The notes beneath the pieces are model-generated. The model saw only the letters and a program-made list of their open reading frames with translations. It did no database searches and was not told the origin of the DNA. Shown piece by piece: positions 51,169 to 63,050 of a stretch of DNA of 64,000 bases. Source of the stretch: Squalus acanthias (taxonomy: Eukaryota); NCBI GenBank assembly GCA_030390025.1, contig CM059425.1, forward strand, positions 171,432,001-171,496,000, given 5' to 3'. The number at the start of each line of letters is the position of its first letter. Position 1 is the stretch's first letter. A program made the position numbers and the translations under genes.

Positions 51169-53010
51169 ACATAGGATTACATAGAATATACGGCACAGAA
51201 ACAGGCCATTCAGCCCAACCAGTCCATGCCGGTGTTTATGCTCCACTCGAGCCTCCTCCCGCCTTTCCTCATCTAAATCTATCAGCATAACCCTCTATTC
51301 CCTTCTCCCTCATATGTTTGTCTAGCCTCCCCTTAAATGCATCAATCCTATTTGCTTCAACCACTCCCCGTGTAAGTGAGTTCCACATTCTCCCCACTCT
51401 TTGGGTAAAGAAGTTTCTTCTGAATTCCCTATTGGATTTCTTGGTGACTATCTTATATTGATGGCCTCTAGTTATGCTCTTCCCCACAAGTGGAAACATT
51501 CTCTTTGTATCCACTCTATCAAAACCTTCCATAATTTTATAGACCTCCATTAGGTCACCCCTCAGCTTTCTTTTTTCAAGAGAAAAGAGACCCAGCCTGT
51601 TCATCCTTTCCTGATATGTATAGCCTCGCATTTCTGGTATCATCCTTGTAAATCTTCTCTGCATCCTCTCCAGTGCCTCTGTATCCTTTTTATAATATGC
51701 ACGCAGTACTCCAAGTATGGTCTAACCAAGGTTCGATACAGGTTTAGCATAACTTCCCTACTTTTCAATTCTATCTCTTTGAAATAAACCCTAGTGCTTG
51801 ATTTGTATTTTTAATGGCCTTGTGTGGCACAACTTTTAGTGATTCGTGTATTTGTACTCAGAGATCCCTTTGTTCCTCTACCCCACCTAGACTCTCACCC
51901 TCCAAGTGCTAAGTGACCTCCCTATTCTTCCTACCAAAATGTAATACCTCACATTTATCGGTGTTGAACTTCATTTGCCAATTATATGCGCATTCTGCAA
52001 GTTTATTAATGTCCTCCTGTAACTTGTTCCAGTCCTCCTCAGTATTAACTATTCTCCCCCAATTTGGTATCATCCGCAAATTTAGAAATTGTGTTTTTGA
52101 TTCCAAAGTCTAAATCGTTAATGTAAATTGTGAACATGATGCGGAGATGCCGGTATTGGACTGGGGTGGACAAAAGTGAGAAGTCGCACAACACCAGGTT
52201 ATAGTCCAACAGTTTTATTTGAAATCATAAGCTTTCGGACCTGACGAAGGAGCAGCCGCTCCGAAAGCTTGTGATTTCAAATAAAACTGTTGGACTATAA
52301 CCTGGTGTTGTGTAAATTGTGAACAGCAGTGGTCCCAGCACTGATCCTTGTGGAACACCACTACCCACCTTCTGCCATTGTGAATAGCTACCCTTTACTC
52401 CCACTCTCTGCTTTCTGTCTTGAAGCCAGCCAGCATTCCATTCTGCTACTTGTCCCCTGACTCTGCATTCTCTGACCTTGTTCATCAGTCTATTATGGGG
52501 TACCTTATCGAAGGCCTTTTGAAAATCTAGATAAATTACATCTACTGCATTACCACTGTCTACTCTCTCTGTTACCTCTTCAAAAAATTCAATAAGGTTG
52601 GTCAAGCAAGATTTTCCCTTTTGAAATCCATGCTGACTATTCATTATTATACTTTTTGTTTCTAGATGTTCTTCTATTCTTTCCTTTAGTAGGTATTCCA
52701 TTATTTTTCCAACCACCGATGTTAAGCTGACTGGTCTATAATTCCTTGGACATGTTCTATCCTCCTTCTTAAATATCGGTATTACGTTAGCTACCCGCCA
52801 GTCCTCTGGCACTACACCTTTTTCGAAACGCATTATTAAATATGCGTAGTAATGCCTCTGCTATCGCTTCCCTAGATTCTTTTAAAATGCGTGGATGCAA
52901 TCCATCCAGACCAGGGGTTTTATCCTCTTTGAGTTTGATTAGTTTATTTAATGTATCCCTTTTTTTTTAAATGCACTTATCTCATTACTCATCTCATCAT
53001 CCAATGTCAT
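51169..53010 (-). mobile_element. 5'-truncated CR1 LINE inserted in the Harbinger exon
   Basis: ORFs 52225-52833, 51909-52106 and 51269-51664 with RT motifs. Confidence 0.9.
52137..52310 (+). mobile_element. Second hairpin Penelope-type element with hammerhead core, 15-bp TSD
   Basis: TSD tgtaaattgtgaaca at 52122-52136 and 52311-52325. Arms 52187-52239 and 52260-52312. CTGACGA at 52241, GAAA at 52263. Confidence 0.82.
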
Positions 53011-56000
53011 GGTGGACCAGCCAGAAGTGGGGGACGGTGAGAGGGGCTCATTAGAACAACCTGGTGACAGAATTATTTTCCATACATCTAAATGGCATTC
53101 ATGAGTGACTCATATGGGGTCTGAAGTCAAGAGAAATTGAATGCTCATCATGTGTGTCTGCAATCGACATATCATATATCTAACTGATGTATTTACTCTC
53201 CCACAGGGCCATCAAGCGCGCCCCCCCCCCACTGTCCAGGAGCACTCCTCGGAGGAGCCTCCAGCCTCTGAGCGAGCGGAGTCACCAGACATAAGCTCAC
53301 CCAGTGCCAGCGCAGAAATGCACACCTCGGTCGGTCATTCGCGAGATAGAGTCGTGTTGTCACCTGGTGTCTCACACATCACAGGTAAGCAGCAGCAGAT
53401 GGTGGAGACAGGGACAGCAGTGGAGACTCCTCATCGGAGGGCGCAGGAGTCTCCTAACTCTGCTCAGCTGTATGCAGATGCTGAGCCTTGGGGGCCATCC
53501 AGGAAGAGAGCGATCCTGGAGCTTCAGGAACAAGTGCAGGAGGCTCTGAAAAGGTTCACAACCGCGGTGACTGCGAATGTGCAGAGAATGGAGGAATCCA
53601 TCTCAAATATGAGCACCACCGTGGCGCACAGACTGGCAACTGTAGGTTCCTCCATGGATAGGATGGCCACCTCCATGGAGGACATAAATCGCCAGACTCA
53701 GGGGAACATGGTCACACTTCTAAATAGATGGTCATCTATGGAGGATAGAAACCAGAGGCTCATACATCCTTTCTAGGAGGAATGTCAGTATAGACAAGAG
53801 TTCTCATGGCCCCACTGATGTGCAGCAAGGTGCTCTCCAGCTACTTGCTAGCAGAGAAGTGCAGGTGGCCCATGAGAGGGATGATGGTGGGAGGGGACAT
53901 GGAAGTTGGGTCTGTTCAGCGCTGACAGGCCCAACACTTGGGAGACTAGCGTGGAGGCGGGTTGGCAGTGGGCTCCCGACCCGCTGTCAATCATTTCGAA
54001 TTTGACAGCTGACCCGCCTCCGATCCCGTCCTCTGAGCGCCGGAAAAATTCTGGCCAAAGAAACAAGAAAGGCAATGTTATGGAACTAAAGTCCCACCTC
54101 GTGACTTGGGGTCACAGCAAAGTGTGAAACCTGAACACTGCATTGAGGGTGCAACATGATTGAGAGCATACTCCAGAGTTATATATCTAGAATTATCTCT
54201 GTTCGCAGGCTACCTTACTATGACTCTTCTGCGCTGTATTACGGTGTGCTTATTATAACCCACATCCGAATAATTTTCAAAATGCTTAGCTGCCAAAGAA
54301 AGTACTATAACCAGGGCAAATTATATTTGGAGGAGACCTTAAACCAAGCTGCTTTGTTGTTTGTAGATGTTGAAAACTACGACAATCATTGGAAAAGATG
54401 CTATAAAAAGTAGTCATGGTAGAGCATCGTTCAAAAGAAGATTCATTAACTCCATACATCGTTCTCCTTTACTTATTTTTCTTCTTGTTACTGCTCCAAA
54501 ACAAGCCCAGAGAGCCGAAAGACCCATTGCTAAAAGGGGAGAAATCGGTTCCATGCATTTAATTTTAACTGGAAGCCTGACAACAGCTTGCACAACCCAC
54601 AAAATTGTGGGTCTCTCATGTCGGCAGGTCTCCAGAGGTCGGCTCATTTAGAGTTGACTTGGGAGTCGCTGACACGGTACTCAATTAAACTGCAACTGCC
54701 TTTAGTCATCCGTACCTCTGAGATGCCATTGTATTGCAGGAATAGGTCACTTTGTACACTAATAGGGTAAATTCAAATGTACACTTAAAATAAAAATTAT
54801 AATTAGTGGACAGAAAATGCTGTGGGGCATGCTGACCTCCATACCTGAATGACCAACCAGCACTCCCAATGGGAAAGGCTCCCTACCAGAAGTATGGATT
54901 TGTAAAATTACTCCTTATATGTGTCAAACATCAACATTTTGCTAAGAGTCTAACTTTCCACTATTCCAGCATTTTCAGCCTTACATATATATATTAACTG
55001 ACTTATTTTTTTAAATATGATGGAGAGTTGACTTGTTATATTGCTTACGTGTCGTTTATTAAGGTTTGTTGCATTGAGGTTTATCACTATTATTAACGCC
55101 ATGACCAGAAATACTGGGATGCCAAAGAAATGTGGGCCCACGTGTACGTAAAAGTGAAGGAAAATCTAGTAAAGCACTGAGTTATTCATGTACAAATCAA
55201 ACGCAGAAGCAGCATATAGTGATTAATGTTCTGCTAAACGTCAGCATAGATCAAACTGACCCATTATCTAGACATCAACATAGATTCTCTTTGCTATTCA
55301 CTTTCACATAATCTAATCATCAAGAAATCGAGGCGTATTTTCGATCCCTGGAGCTCATCACAACACGTGTAAACGGTCAATAAAGAGCAAAAAAACCAAG
55401 GGAGGCCACTGCTTCTGAAGGTGCAAAATTACAGATATTAATTTTCTATGTTTTCAATCCATAATAGTTTCAAAGTCTTTCACCATAGGGGACATAGGTA
55501 AAAGTATACTTAAGCACAGTTTTCTTTAGTATATAAGGCATTAACAGCTCCAGTGTTGATTAAACATGTATGTTCCAAAGTCAGTGCACTAATGGTTCAG
55601 TGGGCAAATGTGCCATGTACTGAGTAATAGAAAAATCCTCTGTTCAATCAGTGGTTTCTGCTAAGTTAACTGCTCTTTGCCAAGACATTGGTGTGTGGCG
55701 ACAAGTTGTCTTACTTTCTAGGTTCGGAACGAATAATTAAAAAAAAATCTACCAGGACTTGCACTCCCAACAGCTATCTAGTAACCTCTGAAAGTGGGCA
55801 TGTGTGGACATTAGGTGAAGGTTGGAACCGGCTCGGCTGTGATGCCCACCTCCCCAATTGAAACGCCTGCTGACAGTAACTGTCCAGATTCATAGATGAA
55901 GTGCAAACAACTGCGGGTAAGGTACCCAACTGCTGTTTGAGCCTGTGAAACTCCAACCCAATATGTATCAAAGTGTCCAGGATTGGAAGAGCAATGGAAG

Positions 56001-56449
56001 TAACCATAAAACAATATTTCAGGAGTGAAAGATTTAACTTTCTGATCTCTGATAAACTAAGGAGGATTGGAGATGGGTATGCACACTGATGTTAATATAA
56101 GCTAGCATGCTGCTGTGTTTTGTTTTCTTCGTTCTACAAAGCTGGAGAGTAACTTGCCTTGCCCCAGGCTCGCGGGTGAGCGGTGCTGCTTGCATTTATC
56201 TGGGATAATTATTGTTTTGCCAGCAAACATCACTGTAGAAGACCAAGGCTACTTTTCTGCTGACATGTCTGAACTATGGACACCTAATACTGACTTGCCG
56301 TCAGACAAAGTATGTCAGGCTATACATGACAAGAGACCACGGGAGAACATTTGCGACCCAATTCACTATTGCAGTTGATGAAGAAGGTATATCGCAGGAT
56401 AACAGTTAATCACAGGATCCAGATCATGAGTGCACTATACTTACATCGC

Positions 56450-56575
56450 AACAACAACTTGTATTTACATAGCGTCTTCAATGTAGTAAGACGTCCCAAG
56501 GCCCTTCACAGGAGTACTATCAAACAAAATTGGTCACCGAGCCACATAAGGAGATATGAGGATAGATGACCAAAT
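56450..56575 (-). mobile_element. L2 3' end fragment
   Basis: caacaacaacttgtatttacatagcg...gagccacataaggagata, as at 62268. Confidence 0.7.
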
Positions 56576-56954
56576 GGGTGAAAGTTGTGCCAGAAAACGC
56601 CACTCGTCAAAATAACTGGGGTCCAGTTAACTTGCAGCTTTTTGGGAGCAAAGCGATTCACCAGTTTCTAAGTAACATCATTGTGTTTTTATTCCGGCCC
56701 CAATTCTTCAATTTTGCTTTGACTTGCCTGTTCATTCTAATCTTTGTAGCCTCCTGCAGCTTTTCCCTACCTCACTGACCGCTCCTCTTCCATACTAAAA
56801 GTGTATTTAATTTCTTTTTAGGATGAATTTCTTCTGGTTATATTCTTGATAACAGTTTTCGTTCAGTGAAAATTCAATTTAGGAGCCAAGGGAAAAAAAT
56901 CGTACTCACCAAGTGGTGAGAAAGTTCCATCTGTGAATGATAATATCGCAAGTC

Positions 56955-57180
56955 CCTTATGGTTTTTTCAGAGCCCCAAGTGAAATGAGTTTGGGTAGTC
57001 TGAAATCAGTTCTAAGGGGACATGACTTCACACAGTGAAACTGGCCATAATTCAATACTAATTGATTTTAAATGGGCAATCTTAATCTAAAGTGTCAGAA
57101 GAGTGGCTAGGGGATACAAATGTTATGCATATACATCAGGAGCCTTCCTCTGAGTTTGGGATTGAAGCACAGTGCTAGAA
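56955..57180 (+). mobile_element. LF-SINE-like ancient SINE relic
   Basis: gtgaaatgagtttgggtagtctgaaatcagttctaaggggaca...actaattg...gggattgaagcacagtg resembles the recalled LF-SINE core (GTGAAATGAGTTGGTGGTCTCAGTCCAGTTCCTAGTGGACA). Confidence 0.5.
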
Positions 57181-57588
57181 TTCTCACTTGGTTGGCAGCA
57201 ATGGTTAATCATCTTAGTGCAGTTACACAGAACTGTAATTTTCTCTTTTAGTTTGAGGGAATATTACTGGTTGTAGTTTAAACAGCTAGACAAACTTTGA
57301 CATATTGCAGACTGAGAGGTTGCAAAAGCATTTAAGTTTACCACAGTGGTTATGTTTACTACTGGCAAAGTTGTGTTAATGACAAACTGGAATTCTAAAT
57401 TATTTTGCAGTACCTAACATACAAGTTGAGCCAAAAGGACCTGAGACAGTAATTGTTCCTTAGAGCTAGCTAATTACTATGAAGTCTATAAAATCTTTCT
57501 GAAGGGCAAAGCTTGAAAAACTGGGGCTATTTTCATTAGAATGGAGGAGATTAAGAAGTAATCTGTTAGATGTGATAAAATTATAAAG

Positions 57589-58352
57589 CAGTGTTGTCCA
57601 ATAGAAATTGCTGACTACGGTGACACCATTATAGGCACACGCGTTCGCTCATTTTAGTAGAAATCACCTTACACACAACACAGGTAAATGTACTTCCCGT
57701 GTATGTTCATTTAACAAACATCTACCAACATTCAGTGCAAAACTTTGCAGTCTTTCTGCTTCACCAAAGTATGGAATTCTGGCATGAATTTATCAGATGC
57801 AGCACATCTTAGTGCAGCTTCTAGGTTTTTGTCCAGCAGTTGTGAGTGATACTTTGACTTTGTCCAAGTGATTACTGAAAATGTTGACTCGCACAATAAG
57901 ACAGCTAGACCCGCCCTTGCTCTCCATCCAGAACGTGGTTGGATGCTGCTCGCCCTTTGCTATGGTGCCCTATTAAACCTGCTCGTTATTGGTTGGGCTT
58001 GTTTTCTTCTGCTGGCCTCACCATGGCGACAGCTCTCTTCTTCATACAATCTTGCTGATGTTTCCATGGTGCTGAATTCCTGCTTTTTCACCCATGTTGC
58101 ACATTATTTTAACAGATAATCAATAAGTAGTAACCAAGGAAGTAAAGCATTCACAACAATAAAAACACTCGCACTCTACTTATCATCTTACCATTTTACC
58201 AACAATCGCACAAAAAGGTGCGCATGCCTATGCCGCGCGAATGAGTATTGAGATCACATGACCGACGACAATGTTTATTGCTCATCTTTTATTACTAATC
58301 AAAAATACAATTAGCCACATCTGGCTAGTGGCTAATGTACTGGACAACACTG
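57589..58352 (-). mobile_element. hAT-Charlie internal-deletion derivative
   Basis: TIR cagtgttgtcca / tggacaacactg and a MER3/MER33-like subterminal tagccacatctggctagtggcta. Minus strand 57893-57732 encodes CESTFSVITWTKSKYHSQLLDKNLEAALRCAASDKFMPEFHTLVKQKDCKVLH*, a hAT dimerisation C-terminus. Confidence 0.85.
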
Positions 58353-58689
58353 TTTTTCCCCTCTCTGATCCCAAGCGATCCGTCCTCAGTAAAGGCCCCT
58401 TACGCCCCCACCTCAATCAATTTCGAGCTCGGCACGATGTTGAGCTCTTCTTCTGTTGCCTTCGCCCCCGCGCCCACTTCTTTGGCCAGGAGTCTTCTGC
58501 ACCCGCCCCCACCCCCAATACAGCGGACCCTTTCTCACGTCTTCAGAATTTTCAATAAGTTTACTCTTATTCTGGTACACTGATGAATGTCTTGGTGCCG
58601 CTTCCTGCTCTCGCCCCGAACTGGAAAATGTCATAAATTTTGCTTCAAATTTCCACCCCTCTCTCGCCTTCGCATGATCCATCTTTATT

Positions 58690-58820
58690 TTTTTTTGTTC
58701 CTGGGATGTGGGTGTCCCTGGCAAGGCCAGAATTTATTGCCCATCCCTAATTCCCCTTGAGAAGGTGGTGGTGAGCTGACTTCAACCGCTGCAGTCCTTG
58801 TGGTGAAGGTACTCCCACAG
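58690..58820 (-). mobile_element. L2/CR1-group LINE 3' tip inserted in the Penelope element
   Basis: Near-identical to 14799-14923 (gttcctgggatgtgggtgtc...gaaggtactcccaca). Confidence 0.8.
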
Positions 58821-59464
58821 ATGCAACATATGCCCTTTGACCTCCTCCCTTCCCACCGTCCAGGGCCCCAAACACTCCTTCCAGGTGAAACAGCGATTTA
58901 CTTGTACTTCTTTCAATTTAGTATACTGTATTCGCTGCTCACAATGCGGTCTCCTCTGCTTTGGGGAGACCAAACGCAGATTGGGTGACTGCTTTTCTGA
59001 ACACCTCTGTTCAGGCGGCAAGCATGACCCCGAGCTTCTGGTCGCTTGTCATTTTATTCTCCGCCCCACTCCCACTCTGACCTCACTGTCCTCAGCCTCC
59101 TACACGGTTCCAGTGAAGCTCAATGGAAGCGCGAGGAACAGCACCTCATATTTTGATTAGGCACTTTACAACCTTCCGGATTCAACAGTGAGTTCAACAA
59201 CTTCAGATTATAACCACTGCTCCCATTTTTTCCAGACAGCAAGTGCTGGTAATGATTCTGCTGTTATCATTTACAGCTCCCCTAGACCCATCTTTTGTTT
59301 CTTTATTTGTCCCATTACCACCTCCTTTTGCCTTGCACCATCATCCCTTTTGTCATTTAACCACTCCTGCCCTCCACCCTATCACAGACTTTCCCTTTTG
59401 TACTTTCCTCCCTTTCCCCTGCCTCTGTATTTGCTTTAAATCTGTTACATCTGTAACGTTTTCC

Positions 59465-59501
59465 AGTTCTGACGAAAGGTCATCGACCTGAAACGTTAAC
59501 T
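59465..59501 (+). ncRNA. Minimal type-I hammerhead ribozyme motif
   Basis: AGTT-CTGACGA-a-AGGTC-atc-GACCT-GAAA-cg-TT-AACT. All core bases are present, stems I and II pair, and stem III is the palindrome AACGTT. Confidence 0.75.
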
Positions 59502-60774
59502 CTGTTTCTCTCTCCACAGATGCTGCCTGACCTGCTGAGTATTTCCAGCATTTTGTTTTTATTTCAGATTTCTAGCATCCGCAGTATTTTGCTTTTGTAG
59601 ATCGAGGAGGAACAAGATGACAAAGAGAGAAGACTAAGTGCAAGAGATTTAGGGCAGAGAGAAAGAGAAACTTGTTTACACAGAGGCTTGTGAGGCTGTG
59701 GAATGCAATACAGATTTCCTACCAGTCCTCTCAAATGGGGATTTGTGATAGCACCAATGTGGGGTGGGGCACAAGATGTTAGAAGAAAATTATATCCAAA
59801 AAATGCTTGGCAAATTACAAGGATCTAAATGTCAAATAATAATCACAGAAAGTTGATGATCAATTATTGCAACCATAATCTCCTGCATTCATAAGTGTCT
59901 TATATATTATGCACACAGTCAATAATTACTTTTATATTTGCTTCATTTAAAAATATCTAAATAATCACCGTACAAATTTGTTCAGGAAAACATCCAATTT
60001 TGTATTAGCAAATATTTCTTACGATTAGAAAAAAATCCTATGCGTATCAATTCAGATTTGTTTAATTTAAATCATTTCAATTGTAAACTAGTTATGTAAA
60101 CATGGATCCCTAAACTTGGTTAGTTTCAGATTTCATTTCTATCTGCTATTTTTGAAACCACCTTGAGATTTTTTCCTTGAATGTATCAGTCTGAATTGAT
60201 CTCTGCCCTGGAAAGTTTATAGGGAAAATACATTCAGATCAATTTGATTTCATTTCAAAGCATGGGTAATCCAGAGCATTAAAAGTTCCAGTAGAGCATA
60301 ACCCAGAGAGAAGGCTGTTGCACAGAACAGCTCTGATGTGAATCATGTCCCAGGCAGACCTTGAAAATGAAGGATTTATATTCCCTGCAAAAGATTAAGA
60401 GGCCGAAAAAATGATTAACAGCTCAGCAAGCCAATTTACAAAATTTGCCAAATCTTCATATCACTACTACTGGTATTCAACCAAAGTGCTGACGAATTGT
60501 GATGAGTTCCATTATTCAGAATCTGATATGATCATTCTGTAAAGAATTCAACTCCTTACTCTCCCTTTGGTCACCAATTCATTATATTTGCACAACACAC
60601 CTGTCCGGGAATGTATACTTTTATGGAGTACATTTATTGAACACCATTTTTTTCATTTTTAACTGTAAATTTTCCCCCACAGTCCCTTAACTAAATTCCA
60701 CAGACTGCATTACAAGTAACTTTTCTATGTAATTTGTTCTTCTTCATATTTCACTCTCATCTCTTTCTTCTCAC

Positions 60775-61030
60775 CCTTTATATAGAGCCCTTCATGACCT
60801 CAGGACGTCCCAAAGTGTTTCACAGCCAATGAAATACTTTTTGAAGTGTAGTCACTGCTGCAATGGAGGGAAACACAGTAGCCAATTTGCGCACTGCAAG
60901 GTCCCACAAACAGCAATGAAATAATTGATCAGATAATCTGTTTTTTAGTGACATTGGTTGTGGGATAAATGTTGGTCATGAACCAGAAGAACTGCCCTAC
61001 TCTTCTTCGAAAGTGCCGTAAGACCTTTTA
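60775..61030 (-). mobile_element. SacSINE1/DeuSINE-like SINE 3' half
   Basis: Reverse complement of 45850-46095. Confidence 0.75.
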
Positions 61031-62267
61031 AGAGAATTCTTCCATCTGCACTAAGCAACAAGTAAATGCAGCAACAAACCTTCCAAGAAAATGAACAAAC
61101 ACGAGAGAATTCAGAGAAGTCACACAGAAGGAAAACCAGCATCCATGAAAATAGCACATTACAAGAAAAAAGCATTGCTAACGGGCATTATAACAAGGGT
61201 TAGCTCTAATATAGGCTTTAAAAAGGTAGAGACCTCTTTTATCAGGCATTTTTATATTTACTTTTAATTTTCACATAGCCATGAATAGCCCTTTTAAAAA
61301 TCAAATAGCAACCTTTTATTTGAACAATGGACACTGCTGTGCATCTTCATTCCAATCATTTGAATAGAAACTCAATGACTGCAAGTCTAGCTCCTCATTC
61401 TTCCAGCCTATCTTCAAATCATCAGCAAGTTACACCGAAGTCCATTATTTCTACTTACATTTCACATGTATATTTTTATCTCCTCCTGAAAATTTCCATT
61501 CAGAATTCAAGTCTCTTGTATTATTGCACAGGTGCCACGACAAAACTACAATCATTCACCAGATCCTTCTTTTATCAAACAGCCACATTTTTTAAACAAA
61601 GGACTACAAAAGACAGAACTTGCATTTAGAAGCACCTTATCACATCCTCAATGACATTCCATTCACATCTAATGAATTCCTTTTGAAATGCATTCACTGT
61701 TGTTATATACGCAAAGGGGAAAGACAATGATAATTATTTTGTTCCAGTGCTTTAGCAAGTAAATGTCACAACAGTCACCAATGCTCCAGGACACCTGCTC
61801 CCACCGAATTACATTCAGCAGCTTCCACCTTACCTCAGCACACCATATCTTATGAACAAAGAGGGAAAAAAGAAATCAGGACACGCCAACAGCCGACGGC
61901 AAGTGTTTAATCTGTTCATATTGATGTCGATTTTATTTTTAAAAAAAAGTTATGGATAGGAAAATGCTTATCGTACCTTAATATCTGGTAACAAGCAAGT
62001 CAGGCCCAGCGCCCTTATGCCTATGGCACTCGAGAGTTAATTAGATCTGCTACCTTATGGCTTAATCCTCTAAACTACTGCTCGTGTCATGTATCCTGTG
62101 CCTGCTAAGCACTTAACAATTATCTTTACATCTAAGTTTTATTCATTTTGAGAATTACTCCTTTTTTTCGCAGGATTTCTCCACTTGTACTTACTTCGGT
62201 TTCCGTATGATATGTGCTATCTCCAGCCAAGCAAACGGGCTGCTGAACTGCACCACACCTACTACCA

Positions 62268-63050
62268 ACAACAACAACTTGCATTTATATAGTAACATAG
62301 TAAAACGTACAAAGGCGCTTCACAGAAGCACTGTCAAACAAAATTTGACACCGAGCCACATAAGGAGATATTAGGGCAGATAACCAACAGCTTGGTCAAA
62401 GAGGTAGGTTTTAAGGAGCGTCTTAAAGGAGGAGAGAGAGATATAGAGGTGGAGAGGTTTAGGGAGGGAATTCCAGAACTTAGGCCCTCGGCAGCTAAAG
62501 GCATGGGCACCAATGGTGGAGCGATTAAAATCGGGGATGTACAAGAGGCCAGAATTGGAGCGGCGCAAAGGTATCGGAGGGTTGTAGGGCTAGAGGAGGT
62601 TACTGAGATAGGATGGGGAAAGGCCATGGAGGGATTTGAAAACAGAGGATGAGAACTTTAAAACTGAGACGTTGCCAGACCGGGAGCCAATGTAGGTCAG
62701 CGAGCACAGGGGTGATGGGTAAACGGGACTTGGTGCGAGTTACGATATGGGCAGCAGAGTTTTGGATGAGCTCAAGTTTATGGAGGGTGGCAGATGGGAG
62801 GCCAGCTAGGAGTGCATTGGAATAGTCAATTCTAGAGGTAACAAAAGCATGGATGAGGGTTTCAGCAGTAGATGAGCTGAGGCAGGGGTGGAGTCGGGCG
62901 ATGTTACGGAGGTGGAAGTAGGCAGTCTTGATGATGGAGCGGATATGTGGTCGGAAGCTCATCTCGGGGTCAAATACGACACCAAGGTTGCCAGGGAGAG
63001 TGATGGAGTCAGTGGCTTGCAAACAAGTTTGTGGTGAGGACCGAACAATA
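62268..63050 (-). mobile_element. L2 LINE 3' fragment
   Basis: ORFs 62600-63022 (NLGVVFD, LIHAFVTSRIDYSN, LHWLP) and 62371-62568. Same family as 31012-31992. Confidence 0.9.

Larger units (their letters stand above)
50499..53776 (+). pseudogene. Harbinger Myb/SANT-like DNA-binding protein pseudogene (3 exons)
   Basis: Exon 1 50499-50738 (MSAERQRAAPRFSNDSL...W..IAEEV...QCRKRFN, gtgagt donor). Exon 2 51057-~51166 plus 53012-53063 (EKRAHNKRER, RTGGG after a frameshift), split by CR1. Exon 3 starts at 53207. Confidence 0.7.
50244..54056 (+). mobile_element. PIF/Harbinger element carrying only the Myb/SANT-like gene
   Basis: TAA|GGCCgcgatt ... aattctGGCC ends enclose a spliced Myb/SANT pseudogene. 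No DDE transposase is seen. Confidence 0.65.
58353..59598 (+). mobile_element. Internally deleted Penelope-like element (N-terminus, RT remnant, GIY-YIG endonuclease, terminal repeat)
   Basis: LSD..RSVLSKG..RARHDVELFF. WYTDE (decayed YIDD)..INFASNFHPSL. FTCTSFNLVYCIRCSQCGLLCFGETKRRLGDCFSEH (GIY-YIG). Confidence 0.85.
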
